From contig CAWDPO010000025.1 of the NCBI GenBank assembly GCA_963804165.1, positions 110,786-174,785 of the forward strand: a DNA stretch of 64,000 nt. The letters run 5' to 3'. The translations under genes were made by a program, and so were the position numbers. Shown one piece after another: positions 10,233-19,973 of the stretch (its first letter is position 1; every line of letters begins with the position of its first letter). This DNA is from an uncultured delta proteobacterium (GTDB taxonomy: Bacteria; Desulfobacterota; Binatia; UBA9968). The notes beneath the pieces are model-generated. The model worked only from the letters and a program-made list of their open reading frames with translations. It was not told where the DNA came from and did no database searches.

Positions 10233-12611
10233 TTGACTCAAAACGAGGTTCGGAGGTTGCCGGGCCTCGTTTTGTTGCTTTTGGGCCGCTTCTGCGCGAA
10301 AATCAATTTTACCTTTGGGGCGTTGGGTTTGATTAAGTCCAAACTGCGAATTTTTAGCCTATCACTCGTTGCACTCCTGGTCATTACCTCCAGCGGCCTC
10401 GTTTTCGGGGCCTGGTACCTAAAACGCCTGGAAGATACTGTCACGGAAAAATTTGAAGGGCGGAAATGGGTTTTCCCGTCGAAAATCTATTCGGACAGCT
10501 TTCTTCTTTACGTCGGCATTAGTATCCGTCTCGACGATCTGGCCGAAAAACTGCGTCGGCTTGGCTATTTCGAAAGCCTGGCGGAACCTAGGATAAAGGG
10601 AGAGTACCGCATCGCCAAATCGGACAACCTCATCGAAATCTATCTGCACGACTTCGATTTTCCGACCGAACGATTTAGCGGCGTTCCCGTCCGCGTTTCG
10701 TTCCAGGGTACCGTGGTTACACGGATCGAGAATATGGCGACCGGGAAAGAGATGTTTTCTCTGGAACTCGACCCCGAGCTTATGACGGGTCTTTATGAGA
10801 GGATTTGGCAGGAGCGAAAGGTCGTCAAATTGACCGACGTGCCTCCGCTTGTCGTCAGGTCGATTTTAGCGGTCGAAGACGAGCGCTTCTATAGCCATCA
10901 CGGCATCGATCCAATCGGTATCCTGCGGGCCATGTGGGTCAATCTGCGCAGCATGAGTTTTCAGCAGGGTGGCAGCACGCTCACGCAACAGTTGATGAAA
11001 AACTTTTTTCTCACCGACGAGCGAACGATTAGCCGCAAAATTCCGGAAGCCGTCATGGCCCTGATTGCGGAGCGCAAATACCCGAAGGAGACGATTCTCG
11101 AAAATTACCTCAATGAAATCTATTTAGGCCAACGCGGTTCGCAGGGAATTTTCGGCGTGTGGGAGGCGTCGCAGTTCTACTTTTCGAAGCCCCTTGCCGA
11201 TTTAACGGTAGGAGAAACGGCGCTCTTGGCGGGACTGATCCGCGCGCCCAATCGAGTGTCGCCCTACCGCAGCGCCGAAGCAGCGACCCGTCGGCGCAAC
11301 GTGGTGTTGGCCAAGCTACTCGATGACCGGATCATTACTCGCCGGCAATACGACGCGGCGCTGCGCGAAAAACTGCCGCAGCGAGCATTGGTGAAAGTTA
11401 CCAATGACGCACCGTTCTACGTCGATTATCTGCGGCGCGAGCTCGAGGAAAATTATTCGAACGCGGAGCTTACCAAGGAAGGCTTGCGGATCTTTAGCGG
11501 TCTCGACTTGAACATGCAAAGAATGGCGGAACGGGCGCTGGTCGAAGGTCTTAAGAAGCTCGAAGCGACCCACCCGGCCCTGCGGCGAAAGAGTGACGAT
11601 AGCCTGGAAGGGGCGATTGTCGTCTTGCGGCCTGGTACCGGCGAGATCAAGGCGATGGTGGGTGGCCGCAACTACTCGAAGTCGCAATTCAACCGGGTGT
11701 TTCAAGCCAAGCGCCAGCCCGGATCGGTTTTCAAACCCTTCGTGTACTTGGCCGCGCTGATGTACGGAGGCCAAAGCGGCGTCAGATACACACCCGAAAC
11801 GATCATCAACGACAGTCAGTTCACGTGGAGCTACGATGGCAAGGATTGGCAGCCGAGCAATTACAATAACGAATATTTCGGCGCAGTGACACTGCGCCGC
11901 GCGTTGGAAAACTCGCTCAACTCGGCGACGGGGCGAGTGGCGCAGGATGTCGGCATTCGGCGGGTGCGCGAACTCGCGCACCGTATGGGCATCCAAAGCC
12001 CGCTTCCGGCTGTGCCTTCACTTGCTTTGGGCGCGGCCGAAGTCACGCCATTGGAAGTCGCGGTAGCTTTTTCGACCTTGGCGAACGGCGGCGTACGCCC
12101 GCGCCCGCTCGCCGTGAGGAACGTCGTGGATCAGAATTCGCACCTTTTGGAAAAGCGCGACGTTCGAAGCCAACAAGTCATTAGTCCGCAGATGGCCTAC
12201 ATGATGAACGAACTCCTCAAGGGTGTGTTGGACCGAGGCACCGCAGCGATGGCGCGACGATGGGGATTTACCCGCCCGGCAGCCGGGAAAACTGGCACTA
12301 CAAACGATTACAAAGACGCCTGGTTCGTGGGCTACACGCCGGATTTGCTCGCCGTGGTGTGGGTGGGATTCGACGGTCCGAGTAAACTGGGTCTATCAGG
12401 CGCGGAGGCAGCCCTGCCGATTTGGACTGAGTTTATGAAGAACGCGACCGTCAATATGCCGGTGACCGACTTTGTCGCGCCCGCGCCAATGCCGGACACC
12501 GATGATGGCGTTCCGGGCAAGTGCGGACCGACGTCGCCGGACGGCGGAGCGGGAATTAATCCCTGCCCACCGGCGGCGGTGCCAACTCGCGCGACTACTG
12601 ATGCGCTTTAA
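10233..12611 (+). CDS. mrcB: Class A penicillin-binding protein 1B with a UB2H-like region (start uncertain)
   Basis: EDERF, GGSTLTQQL, RK..E, YLN; SVFK, SLN and KTG motifs; N-terminal TM followed by a UB2H-like segment. Confidence 0.88.
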   Translation: MTQNEVRRLPGLVLLLLGRFCAKINFTFGALGLIKSKLRIFSLSLVALLVITSSGLVFGAWYLKRLEDTVTEKFEGRKWVFPSKIYSDSFLLYVGISIRLDDLAEKLRRLGYFESLAEPRIKGEYRIAKSDNLIEIYLHDFDFPTERFSGVPVRVSFQGTVVTRIENMATGKEMFSLELDPELMTGLYERIWQERKVVKLTDVPPLVVRSILAVEDERFYSHHGIDPIGILRAMWVNLRSMSFQQGGSTLTQQLMKNFFLTDERTISRKIPEAVMALIAERKYPKETILENYLNEIYLGQRGSQGIFGVWEASQFYFSKPLADLTVGETALLAGLIRAPNRVSPYRSAEAATRRRNVVLAKLLDDRIITRRQYDAALREKLPQRALVKVTNDAPFYVDYLRRELEENYSNAELTKEGLRIFSGLDLNMQRMAERALVEGLKKLEATHPALRRKSDDSLEGAIVVLRPGTGEIKAMVGGRNYSKSQFNRVFQAKRQPGSVFKPFVYLAALMYGGQSGVRYTPETIINDSQFTWSYDGKDWQPSNYNNEYFGAVTLRRALENSLNSATGRVAQDVGIRRVRELAHRMGIQSPLPAVPSLALGAAEVTPLEVAVAFSTLANGGVRPRPLAVRNVVDQNSHLLEKRDVRSQQVISPQMAYMMNELLKGVLDRGTAAMARRWGFTRPAAGKTGTTNDYKDAWFVGYTPDLLAVVWVGFDGPSKLGLSGAEAALPIWTEFMKNATVNMPVTDFVAPAPMPDTDDGVPGKCGPTSPDGGAGINPCPPAAVPTRATTDAL

Positions 12612-13425
12612 GATTGTCGCCCTCGCCCCGGCTCCTGCGCGGCGTCTGAACTACGTCCTGGCGGCAACCATTGCGTTGTCGGTGGCGCTGGGCGCGTGCG
12701 AACCACGGCGAGTCTATCGGATGCCTGTTCCGCCGGGCGGTAATACAACGCTGGGGCCTCGCATTCCGCCGGCGCCGGCGCCGACTCCTCCGACCCCGCC
12801 AGCGGAGGTCGCACGGAAGCCGCTGGCGCAAGAGACAAAGATTCGCGAGCAGGATTTAAAGCAAGGGCCGGTGTCACCGAATTCGCCTGGGCGGGAGACG
12901 AAAGATCCCACCCGGCAAGCCAGTATCAATGAAAGCCGCACCACCCCGGATTCAACCGTGGCGCCCGTGCCAGCACCACCGCCGCTTCCGGACGATAGCT
13001 CGCTGCTCGCCAAGATCACGCCTGGAGTCTCGCCGCAGCGCGCCGCATCACTGCGCCTGACCGACGAGGGTAGCAAACTTCTCGATGCCGGAGAGCCCGC
13101 CAAAGCGCTCACGCGGTTGGAAAAAACTATCGTTATCGATTCCTCGAATCCCTATGGGCACTTTTACTTGGCGAAGGCCCAGTATCGTTTGGGGCGCTAC
13201 CAACAGTCGCTCAATTTCCTCGACGTCGCCGAGTCGCGTCTCAGCGGTGAGCCCTTTTGGTTAGCTGAGGTCCATGCGCTACGCGGGGAGAACTATCGGG
13301 CGCTGGGACAAGGGCAGAAGGCGGAATCGAGTTATTTGCAAGCCCTTCGTCTAAACTCCGGTAACCGCACGGCCGTCGACGCTCTCCCCCGTTTGCAAGC
13401 CGAAACCCAACCGGTCAACAAGTAA
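12601..13425 (+). CDS. TPR lipoprotein, LpoP-like
   Basis: Lipobox ALGAC, long Pro-rich linker, C-terminal TPR-like helices; overlaps the PBP1b stop codon. Confidence 0.75.
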   Translation: MRFKIVALAPAPARRLNYVLAATIALSVALGACEPRRVYRMPVPPGGNTTLGPRIPPAPAPTPPTPPAEVARKPLAQETKIREQDLKQGPVSPNSPGRETKDPTRQASINESRTTPDSTVAPVPAPPPLPDDSSLLAKITPGVSPQRAASLRLTDEGSKLLDAGEPAKALTRLEKTIVIDSSNPYGHFYLAKAQYRLGRYQQSLNFLDVAESRLSGEPFWLAEVHALRGENYRALGQGQKAESSYLQALRLNSGNRTAVDALPRLQAETQPVNK

Positions 13426-13436
13426 TCACCTTTGTC

Positions 13437-14435
13437 ATGTTAGTTCTCGGCGTTGAAACCTCCTGCGATGACACCGCCGCCGCAGTTCTGCAAGACGGAC
13501 GGACGATACTCGCGAACGTTGTATCGTCGCAGGACCAAGTGCACGGGCCCTACGGCGGCGTGGTGCCGGAGCTCGCCTCGCGGCAGCATATCAAAAATGT
13601 TCTGCCGATTGTCGACGGCGCTTTACGGAAAGCCGGCGTAAGGTTGCGGGATTTGGATGGCATGGCCGTCACCTACGGACCCGGGCTGGTCGGCTCCTTG
13701 CTCGTCGGGTTATCGCTGGTCAAGGGAATGTCGTTTCGCTCGGGGATTCCTTACGTCGGCGTCAATCATCTCGAAGCGCATCTTCTGGCGATCCATCTTG
13801 AGCACGAGGTGCCGTTCCCGTATATCGCGCTGCTCGCATCAGGCGGCCACACGCTGCTCTATTACGTCAAAGAAGTCGGCGACTACGTCCATCTCGGCGG
13901 CACCCGCGACGATGCCGCCGGCGAAGCCTTCGACAAAGTTGCCAAGATGATGGCGCTTGGATATCCCGGCGGACGGATCATCGACAACCTCGCGAAAACC
14001 GGCGATCCCAAAACTATTCGTTTCCCGCGCGCCCGGTTGAAAAAATGCGCGTACGAGTTTAGTTTCAGCGGGATCAAGACCGCCGTGTGGCACTACCTCA
14101 AAGCTCAAGCCGCAGAGGAGGGAAAAACGCCTCAGGCCGATATCGCCGCGAGCTTTCAGGAGGCGGTTGTGGATATGTTGGTGAATCCGACGGTCAAGGC
14201 GGCGGTGGCTAGCGACGTCAAGCGAATCGTTCTTTCCGGCGGCGTGGCGGCGAACAGCCGGCTGCGCGCGAGAATGACCGAAATGGCGGATAAGGAAGGG
14301 ATGCAGGTCTACTTTCCGGCGCCCAAGTTTTGCACGGACAACGGGGCGATGATCGCTCTGGCTGGCTATCATTGGCTCAAGCGCGGCCGTCGCGATGACT
14401 ATCGCCTCAATGCCGACGCTGATCTGACGCTCTAA
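13437..14435 (+). CDS. tsaD: tRNA threonylcarbamoyltransferase TsaD
   Basis: LGVETSCDDT, GGVVPELASR, NHLEAH, DDAAGEAFDK, CTDNGAMIA. Confidence 0.97.
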   Translation: MLVLGVETSCDDTAAAVLQDGRTILANVVSSQDQVHGPYGGVVPELASRQHIKNVLPIVDGALRKAGVRLRDLDGMAVTYGPGLVGSLLVGLSLVKGMSFRSGIPYVGVNHLEAHLLAIHLEHEVPFPYIALLASGGHTLLYYVKEVGDYVHLGGTRDDAAGEAFDKVAKMMALGYPGGRIIDNLAKTGDPKTIRFPRARLKKCAYEFSFSGIKTAVWHYLKAQAAEEGKTPQADIAASFQEAVVDMLVNPTVKAAVASDVKRIVLSGGVAANSRLRARMTEMADKEGMQVYFPAPKFCTDNGAMIALAGYHWLKRGRRDDYRLNADADLTL

Positions 14436-14440
14436 AAACC

Positions 14441-14469
14441 GTTCAAATGTTCAAGGTTCAACAGTTCAA
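14441..14469 (+). repeat. Four GTTCAA short repeats after tsaD
   Basis: GTTCAA at 14441, 14449, 14456 and 14464. Confidence 0.7.
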
Positions 14470-14478
14470 GGGATCGTT

Positions 14479-15339
14479 GTGACCCTTTACGAGGAAGTTC
14501 GCGCGGCGCTGCGCGAATCGAATTTCCGGCCGAGGAAAAGCCGCGGCCAAAATTTCTTGATTCACGAGCGCGTGATCGATTCGATTATTCGCTTGCTCGA
14601 TCTCTCGCCGGCCGACGACGTCGTCGAGATCGGCCCGGGGCTCGGTTTCCTCACTCGCCGCTTGCTCGAGCGCGCGGGCCGCGTATGGGCGGTGGAAGTC
14701 GATTCGGCTCTCGTCGAGCGTTTACGCGCGAGCCCGTTCGCCGCTGATCCGAAGCTGAGGTTGATCCATGGCGATATCCTGGAAGTGCCGTTGGCGGATA
14801 TTCTGCCGGATGAAAAACTCAAACTTGTCGGCAATCTGCCGTACAGCATCTCGACGCAGGTGCTGTTTCGTATTTTTGCTTTACGCGAGCACTTTTCCTC
14901 GCTGGTTTTGATGGTGCAAAAAGAAGTCGCCGATCGGATCGCCGCGCAACCGGGGACAAAGGCTTACGGGACGCTCTCGGTATGGTGTCAGATTCATGGC
15001 CGGATTATCGATCGAGTAGCGGTGTCGCCGGAGGCTTTTTTTCCGCGCCCCAAGGTGCGCTCGACGGTGCTGAAGATCGAACTCTATGCCGAGCCGCTGG
15101 TCACCGTTTCGGAAACGCGTATTCTGCGCGGACTGGTGCGCGCGGCGTTCGGCCAACGGCGTAAGACTCTCGGCAACGCGCTCACCACCTGGTTGAAGAT
15201 TGACGGAAGCGAAATCGAAACTCTGCTTCGCTCGCAGGGCGTCGATCCCCGACGGCGCGGCGAGACGCTTAACATCGACGAATTCATCAAGCTCGCCCGC
15301 GCCGCGCAGAGCCCATCTGCTCTCGCTGCGGATCATTAG
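14479..15339 (+). CDS. rsmA: 16S rRNA dimethyladenosine transferase
   Basis: GQNFL, EIGPGLG, GNLPY, MVQKEVA, PRPKVRS, QRRKTL. Confidence 0.96.
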   Translation: MTLYEEVRAALRESNFRPRKSRGQNFLIHERVIDSIIRLLDLSPADDVVEIGPGLGFLTRRLLERAGRVWAVEVDSALVERLRASPFAADPKLRLIHGDILEVPLADILPDEKLKLVGNLPYSISTQVLFRIFALREHFSSLVLMVQKEVADRIAAQPGTKAYGTLSVWCQIHGRIIDRVAVSPEAFFPRPKVRSTVLKIELYAEPLVTVSETRILRGLVRAAFGQRRKTLGNALTTWLKIDGSEIETLLRSQGVDPRRRGETLNIDEFIKLARAAQSPSALAADH

Positions 15340-15343
15340 CCCC

Positions 15344-16165
15344 ATGCCGGAATTGCCCGAAGTCGAGACGGTCTGCCGCAGCTTGCGGCCGCATCTATTG
15401 GGTCGGACGATCCGGCGCGTCCAGGTTTTGGAGCCGCGTCTACGCGTGCCCGTGGATGCGCTCGCGCTCGCGGGCTTGGCCGGCCGGCGGATCGAAGAGA
15501 TCAGCCGCCTGGCAAAATATATTTTGCTGAGCTTATCCGGCGGCGACGTCTGGTTGTTTCATCTCGGCATGTCGGGAAAGCTGATTTGCGTCGCGCCGCA
15601 CACCGCGCCGCGCAAGCATGATCATATCGTCGTCGATTTTGACGACGGCATGGAGCTGCGCTACCACGACCCGCGCCGCTTCGGCTTGTCCTTGGTGGCG
15701 CGGCGCGAAGAGCTGACGCAATTGCCGCAGTTGCGTCATGTCGGCATAGATCCGTTCGATCCGCGCCTCACGGGAGGTCTTTTGTTCGGTTTTACGCGCA
15801 TTTCGGAGCGGCGCATTCGCGATCTGCTGCTCGATCAGCAGATCATCGCGGGGCTGGGCAATATTTACGCGAACGAAATCCTCGCCTTGGCCCGCATCAA
15901 ACCGACCACGCGCGCGTATCGCCTGACGCGCAGGCAGGCGCAGACGATCGCGGCAGCGATCCCCAAGTTGATGCGCGACGCGATTCGCTGGTGCGGCACG
16001 TCGTTTTCCGACTATCGCGATGCCGACGATAAAGCGGGCGAGTTTCAAAAACACCTGAGAGTCTATGACCGCGACGGCGAGCGATGCCGGGTTTGTCCGA
16101 GCATGATCAAGCGCGTCGCCATCGGCAATCGCAGCGCATTTTATTGTCCAGCGTGTCAGAAGTAA
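15344..16165 (+). CDS. mutM: Formamidopyrimidine-DNA glycosylase
   Basis: MPELPEVE, HLGMSG, DPRRFG, GLGNIYANE, zinc finger CRVC..CPACQ. Confidence 0.96.
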   Translation: MPELPEVETVCRSLRPHLLGRTIRRVQVLEPRLRVPVDALALAGLAGRRIEEISRLAKYILLSLSGGDVWLFHLGMSGKLICVAPHTAPRKHDHIVVDFDDGMELRYHDPRRFGLSLVARREELTQLPQLRHVGIDPFDPRLTGGLLFGFTRISERRIRDLLLDQQIIAGLGNIYANEILALARIKPTTRAYRLTRRQAQTIAAAIPKLMRDAIRWCGTSFSDYRDADDKAGEFQKHLRVYDRDGERCRVCPSMIKRVAIGNRSAFYCPACQK

Positions 16166-16172
16166 AAGATTT

Positions 16173-16222
16173 CGTTCCAATCGTTCAAAAACGTTCCAGC
16201 CGTTCCAACCGTTCAATCGTTG
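16173..16222 (+). repeat. Tandem CGTTC(C/A)A-type 8-10-mer repeats after mutM
   Basis: CGTTCCAAT CGTTCAAAAA CGTTCCAGC CGTTCCAAC CGTTCAAT CGTTG. Confidence 0.75.
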
Positions 16223-16263
16223 AAGAGACGGATGATGATGAGTTTCGTAAGTGAAGGTTTGTC

Positions 16264-17512
16264 ATGACTTCCCAGGATTCACAGCGGGGTAAGCTCTTGT
16301 CGCCGCTGCGCCATCGGGATTTTCGCCTGTTCTGGACCGGCTTGCTGCTTTCCAGCGTCGGCAGTCAGTTTACTCAAGTCGCGATGGCGTGGCAGATCTA
16401 CGAGCTGACGAATTCGCCGCTGCAAATCGGCATGATCGGCCTGGTGCGCGCAGTGCCGCAGATGTTCATTCTCCTGTTTGGAGGCTTGCTCGCCGACGCG
16501 ATGAACCGGCGCAAGCTGATGATGGTGACGCAGGGGAGTTTATTTTTTGTCTCCGGAGCGCTCGCGCTGCTGACGCTGGGCGGCCACGTGACGCCGCTGA
16601 AACTTTACGGAATCACGGTGTTCCTGGCGTTATTCAGCTCGTTAGAGGCGCCGTCGCGTCAGGCGATCGTCACCAACCTCGTGCCCGCGGAGGATTTGTC
16701 GCGCGCTTTGGCGATCTTCAGCACGCAGCGGCAGATCGCCACGATTGCCGGCCCGTCGATCGCCGGGGTCGATATTGGCGATCGCCGGTCCGAGCGTTTG
16801 TTACGCGGTCGATGCCATCTCGTGGCTGGTGATGCTCGCGTCGCTGGCGCTTATTCGCGCCGAGTTGCCGGTGCGCGGGGGCTGGCGCACGATCACGCTG
16901 GATTCGCTGCGCGCGGGTTTTCGCTTCGTCTGGGGGCATGCCGTCATATTTCCATTTCTTGATGATGGATTTCGGGCGCGAATATTTTCGGCACGATGCG
17001 CTCGCTGTTTCCGATCTATGCGCGCGATATCCTCGGCGTCGGACCGGAGGGATTGGGCATACTTTATGCCGCCAGCGCCGGCGGATGCGTTGTTAGGCGC
17101 TTTCGGCTTCAGTGTGTGGGGACCGGTGCGGCAGGCCGGACGGTGGATACTGTTCGGCGTGACGATCTATGCAGTGTGCCTGCTGCTCTTCGCTCAGTCG
17201 CATTTTTTTTGGCTGTCGATTGTTTTTCTCGTCGGCTCCGGCGTCGGCGATACGATCAGCGCGATTCTGCGCGCCACGATCAATCAATTGAGCACACCGG
17301 ACGAGCTGCGCGGCCGCATGTCTTCGATCAATAGCATCTTTACCAACAGCGGCCCGCAGCTGGGTCAATTCCAGCTCGGCGCCCTAGCGGCGGCATTTGG
17401 CACGCAATTCGCCGCTTCGACCGGAGCCCTCGTCATTCTTTTTATCGTCGGAGTTCTGCTGGTACGTTTTCCACACGTGCGGGATTATCGAATCGCGCCG
17501 CAAAGCACGTAG
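16264..17512 (+). CDS. MFS transporter (EntS/DUF894-like), split by frameshifts
   Basis: PLRHRDFRLFW, GGLLADAMNRRK, QLSTPDELRGR, spread over three frames. Confidence 0.8.
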
Positions 17513-17584
17513 GTTGGTCCCGGATTACATAAGGGTTATGGCGAGCTCAGAAGAGTGACGAAGAGTCGGAGAGTAATTTTGTGT

Positions 17585-18526
17585 TCATGCTTTACGCGCC
17601 CCGTCCGAGTCGTTTCCCTGCTGCTTGATTACATTCATCGCCAGAGAAATCATCGAGCCGACGTCGCTCAACGTCGCCGGCAATATTAACGTGTTGCCGG
17701 TCTGGGCGAGCTTGCCGAATTCGATAAGATAATTCTCCGCGACGCGCAATTGGACCGCTTCGAAGCCGCCCGGTTGCTGGATCGCTTCGGCGACCTTGCG
17801 GATACCGCTGGCCGTCGCATCGGCGATGGCGAGGATCGCCGCGGCTTGACCTTCGGCTTCGTTGATTTGCTGCTGCTTTTTTCCTTCCGAGGCCTTGATC
17901 GCTTGCTGTTTTTCACCTTCGGCGCTGTTGATCGCGGCGTCGCGCTGACCTTCGGACGTCAGGATCAAGGCCCGTTTCTCGCGCTCTGCGCGCATCTGCT
18001 TTTCCATGGCAGCGAGAATATCCTGAGGCGGGGTGATGTTTTTGATCTCGTAGCGCATGACCTTGATACCCCAGGGTTCGGAAGCTTTGTCTAACTCGCT
18101 GACCACCTGGGTATTGATGTTGGTTCGTTCTTCGAACGTGCGATCCAGTTCGATCTTGCCGAGCTCGCTGCGCAACGTGGTTTGGGCGAGCTGCGTAATG
18201 CCGAAAATGTAGTCGCCGATGCCATAAGAAGCCCGCTCTGGATTCAAGACTTTTTGGTAAAGCACGCCGTCGACGGAGACCTGGACATTATCGCGCGTGA
18301 TGCAAACCTGCGGCGGGATGTCGATAGCCTGTTCCTTCAGTGAATGCTTGTAACGAATCACGTCGAGAAAAGGGAAGAGGATATGAAAACCGGCGCCCAG
18401 AGTGCCGCTATACTTACCTAAACGTTCGACGACGAAGGCGCTCTGCTGCGGCACTACAACAGCGGTCTTGGCGACGATGATGATGACGAGAAATGCCAAC
18501 ACGATGACAACGATAAATCCGCCCAT
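17585..18526 (-). CDS. SPFH/band 7 (stomatin-like, QmcA-type) protein
   Basis: VVERLGKY, CITRDNV, AQTTLRSELG, MEKQMRAEREKRA. Confidence 0.92.
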   Translation of the reverse strand: MGGFIVVIVLAFLVIIIVAKTAVVVPQQSAFVVERLGKYSGTLGAGFHILFPFLDVIRYKHSLKEQAIDIPPQVCITRDNVQVSVDGVLYQKVLNPERASYGIGDYIFGITQLAQTTLRSELGKIELDRTFEERTNINTQVVSELDKASEPWGIKVMRYEIKNITPPQDILAAMEKQMRAEREKRALILTSEGQRDAAINSAEGEKQQAIKASEGKKQQQINEAEGQAAAILAIADATASGIRKVAEAIQQPGGFEAVQLRVAENYLIEFGKLAQTGNTLILPATLSDVGSMISLAMNVIKQQGNDSDGARKA

Positions 18527-18539
18527 ACTTGTCTCCGTT

Positions 18540-18973
18540 TCAGTTTGATTCGGCGCGAACGAAAATAGTCAGACCTTCGACGCGCTCGACCCTGCAGCGC
18601 TGGCCGCGGGCAACGGCTTGGTCGCCGATGTTGCGTGTGTTCCACGATGTGCCGCGCAGCTCCGCTTTACCGACGCTGTTCACCGAGATGTCTTCAAGCG
18701 GGACGGCGACTTCACCGACCATGCTGTCGACGCTTTCCGAGGGGCGTCCTCGGGTCAATTCCAGGAGCTTGCCACGGAACAGCCAAAGGAAAGCACCGAT
18801 AACGCGGAGAATAGGATAAATTGAAACCAGGCGGGGCCGGCGACTTGGAATCCGACCAGGATTCCCACAATCACCGCGCCGATGCCGAAGAAGAGGATAT
18901 AGAAGCCGCCCGGAGTCATAAGCTCCGCGACAGAAATCAGGAGACCGAGCAAGATCCAGATCCACCAATCCAT
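18540..18973 (-). CDS. Short NfeD/YbbJ-like membrane protein (frameshifted)
   Basis: MDWWIWILLG..AELMTPGGF in one frame; GKAELRGTSW..VEGLTIFV in another; upstream of the SPFH gene. Confidence 0.8.
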
Positions 18974-19039
18974 AAGCTATTGCCGCAGTTGTGCCCGCTG
19001 AACCTAGCCGAGGTCCGCCGGTATTTCAACCTCCGGATA

Positions 19040-19801
19040 TTAACGCGATTGGGTTATCGCGACGGATGGTGGCGATATTTCTTTTCGATGCCGAATAGAT
19101 TGATGAACTCGCCGAAAACACGCGCGCTCAGCTGGTGCAGTCGCGCCATGTGCTCCGGCGTAGTCCATGCAAATGCGCTCGGGGTCGATGGTCCCGTCGA
19201 GGGCCGCGATTTCCTTACGGTTCTCGGCGACGCGCAGCCAGCGATGAATCATCGGCTCGTCGACTTCCAGATGAAACTGAAAGCCGTAGACGTTGTTGCC
19301 GTAACGAAAGGCTTGATTTGCGCACAGGGAGGAAAAGGCGAGGTGGCGGGTGCTTTTGGGGATATCGAAGGTTTCCCCGTGCCACTGAAAAATCGTTTCC
19401 GTCTTCTGAAATTCCAGTAATAAAGGATCGCTTTCCGCCTCGTCCGTCGGCGAGACGTCATACCAGCCGATTTCCTTTTCCTTATTCGGATAGACGGCGG
19501 CGCCGAGCGTTTTTGCGATCAATTGGGCGCCGAGGCAGATGCCCAATACCGGAATATTCCGGCGCAGCGCCTGTTCGATCAAGCGCATCTCGGTGGTCAG
19601 ATGCGGTAGTCGGTTCGAGTCGTTGACGCTCATCGGTCCACCTAAGACCACCAGCCCGTTGTAGCCGTCCAGGCTCGGCTGGGCGTCCGGATGGCGCGCG
19701 AAATTTACATAGCGGATACGGAAGCCCGAGCGCTTGAGCATAGGATTTAGAGTTCCCAATAGCTCATGCGGCACATGCTGGAGGACGAGCAGCTTTTTCA
19801 T
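19040..19801 (-). CDS. Class I glutamine amidotransferase (C-terminus probably frameshifted)
   Basis: LGGPM, LGICLGAQL, WHGE, GFQFHLE. Confidence 0.88.
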   Translation of the reverse strand: MKKLLVLQHVPHELLGTLNPMLKRSGFRIRYVNFARHPDAQPSLDGYNGLVVLGGPMSVNDSNRLPHLTTEMRLIEQALRRNIPVLGICLGAQLIAKTLGAAVYPNKEKEIGWYDVSPTDEAESDPLLLEFQKTETIFQWHGETFDIPKSTRHLAFSSLCANQAFRYGNNVYGFQFHLEVDEPMIHRWLRVAENRKEIAALDGTIDPERICMDYAGAHGATAPAERACFRRVHQSIRHRKEISPPSVAITQSR

Positions 19802-19973
19802 GGGAGTTGAGCAATTTTTAACGATCTAAGCAATTTAAATTATAGCGCGACGCGGCGAATATTTGAAATCCCGGGTCGCGCAGGAGGATCGCGGCGAAAG
19901 CGTCGGCGCGAACTACCATCGGACAGTCACTGGCGGCGCGCGCTTGCAATTGATAGAAGTAAATCACGTCGCC

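Noticed and set aside
16173-16222. Short repeats as a CRISPR array
   Set aside because: Units are 8-10 nt with no spacers, and there are no cas genes
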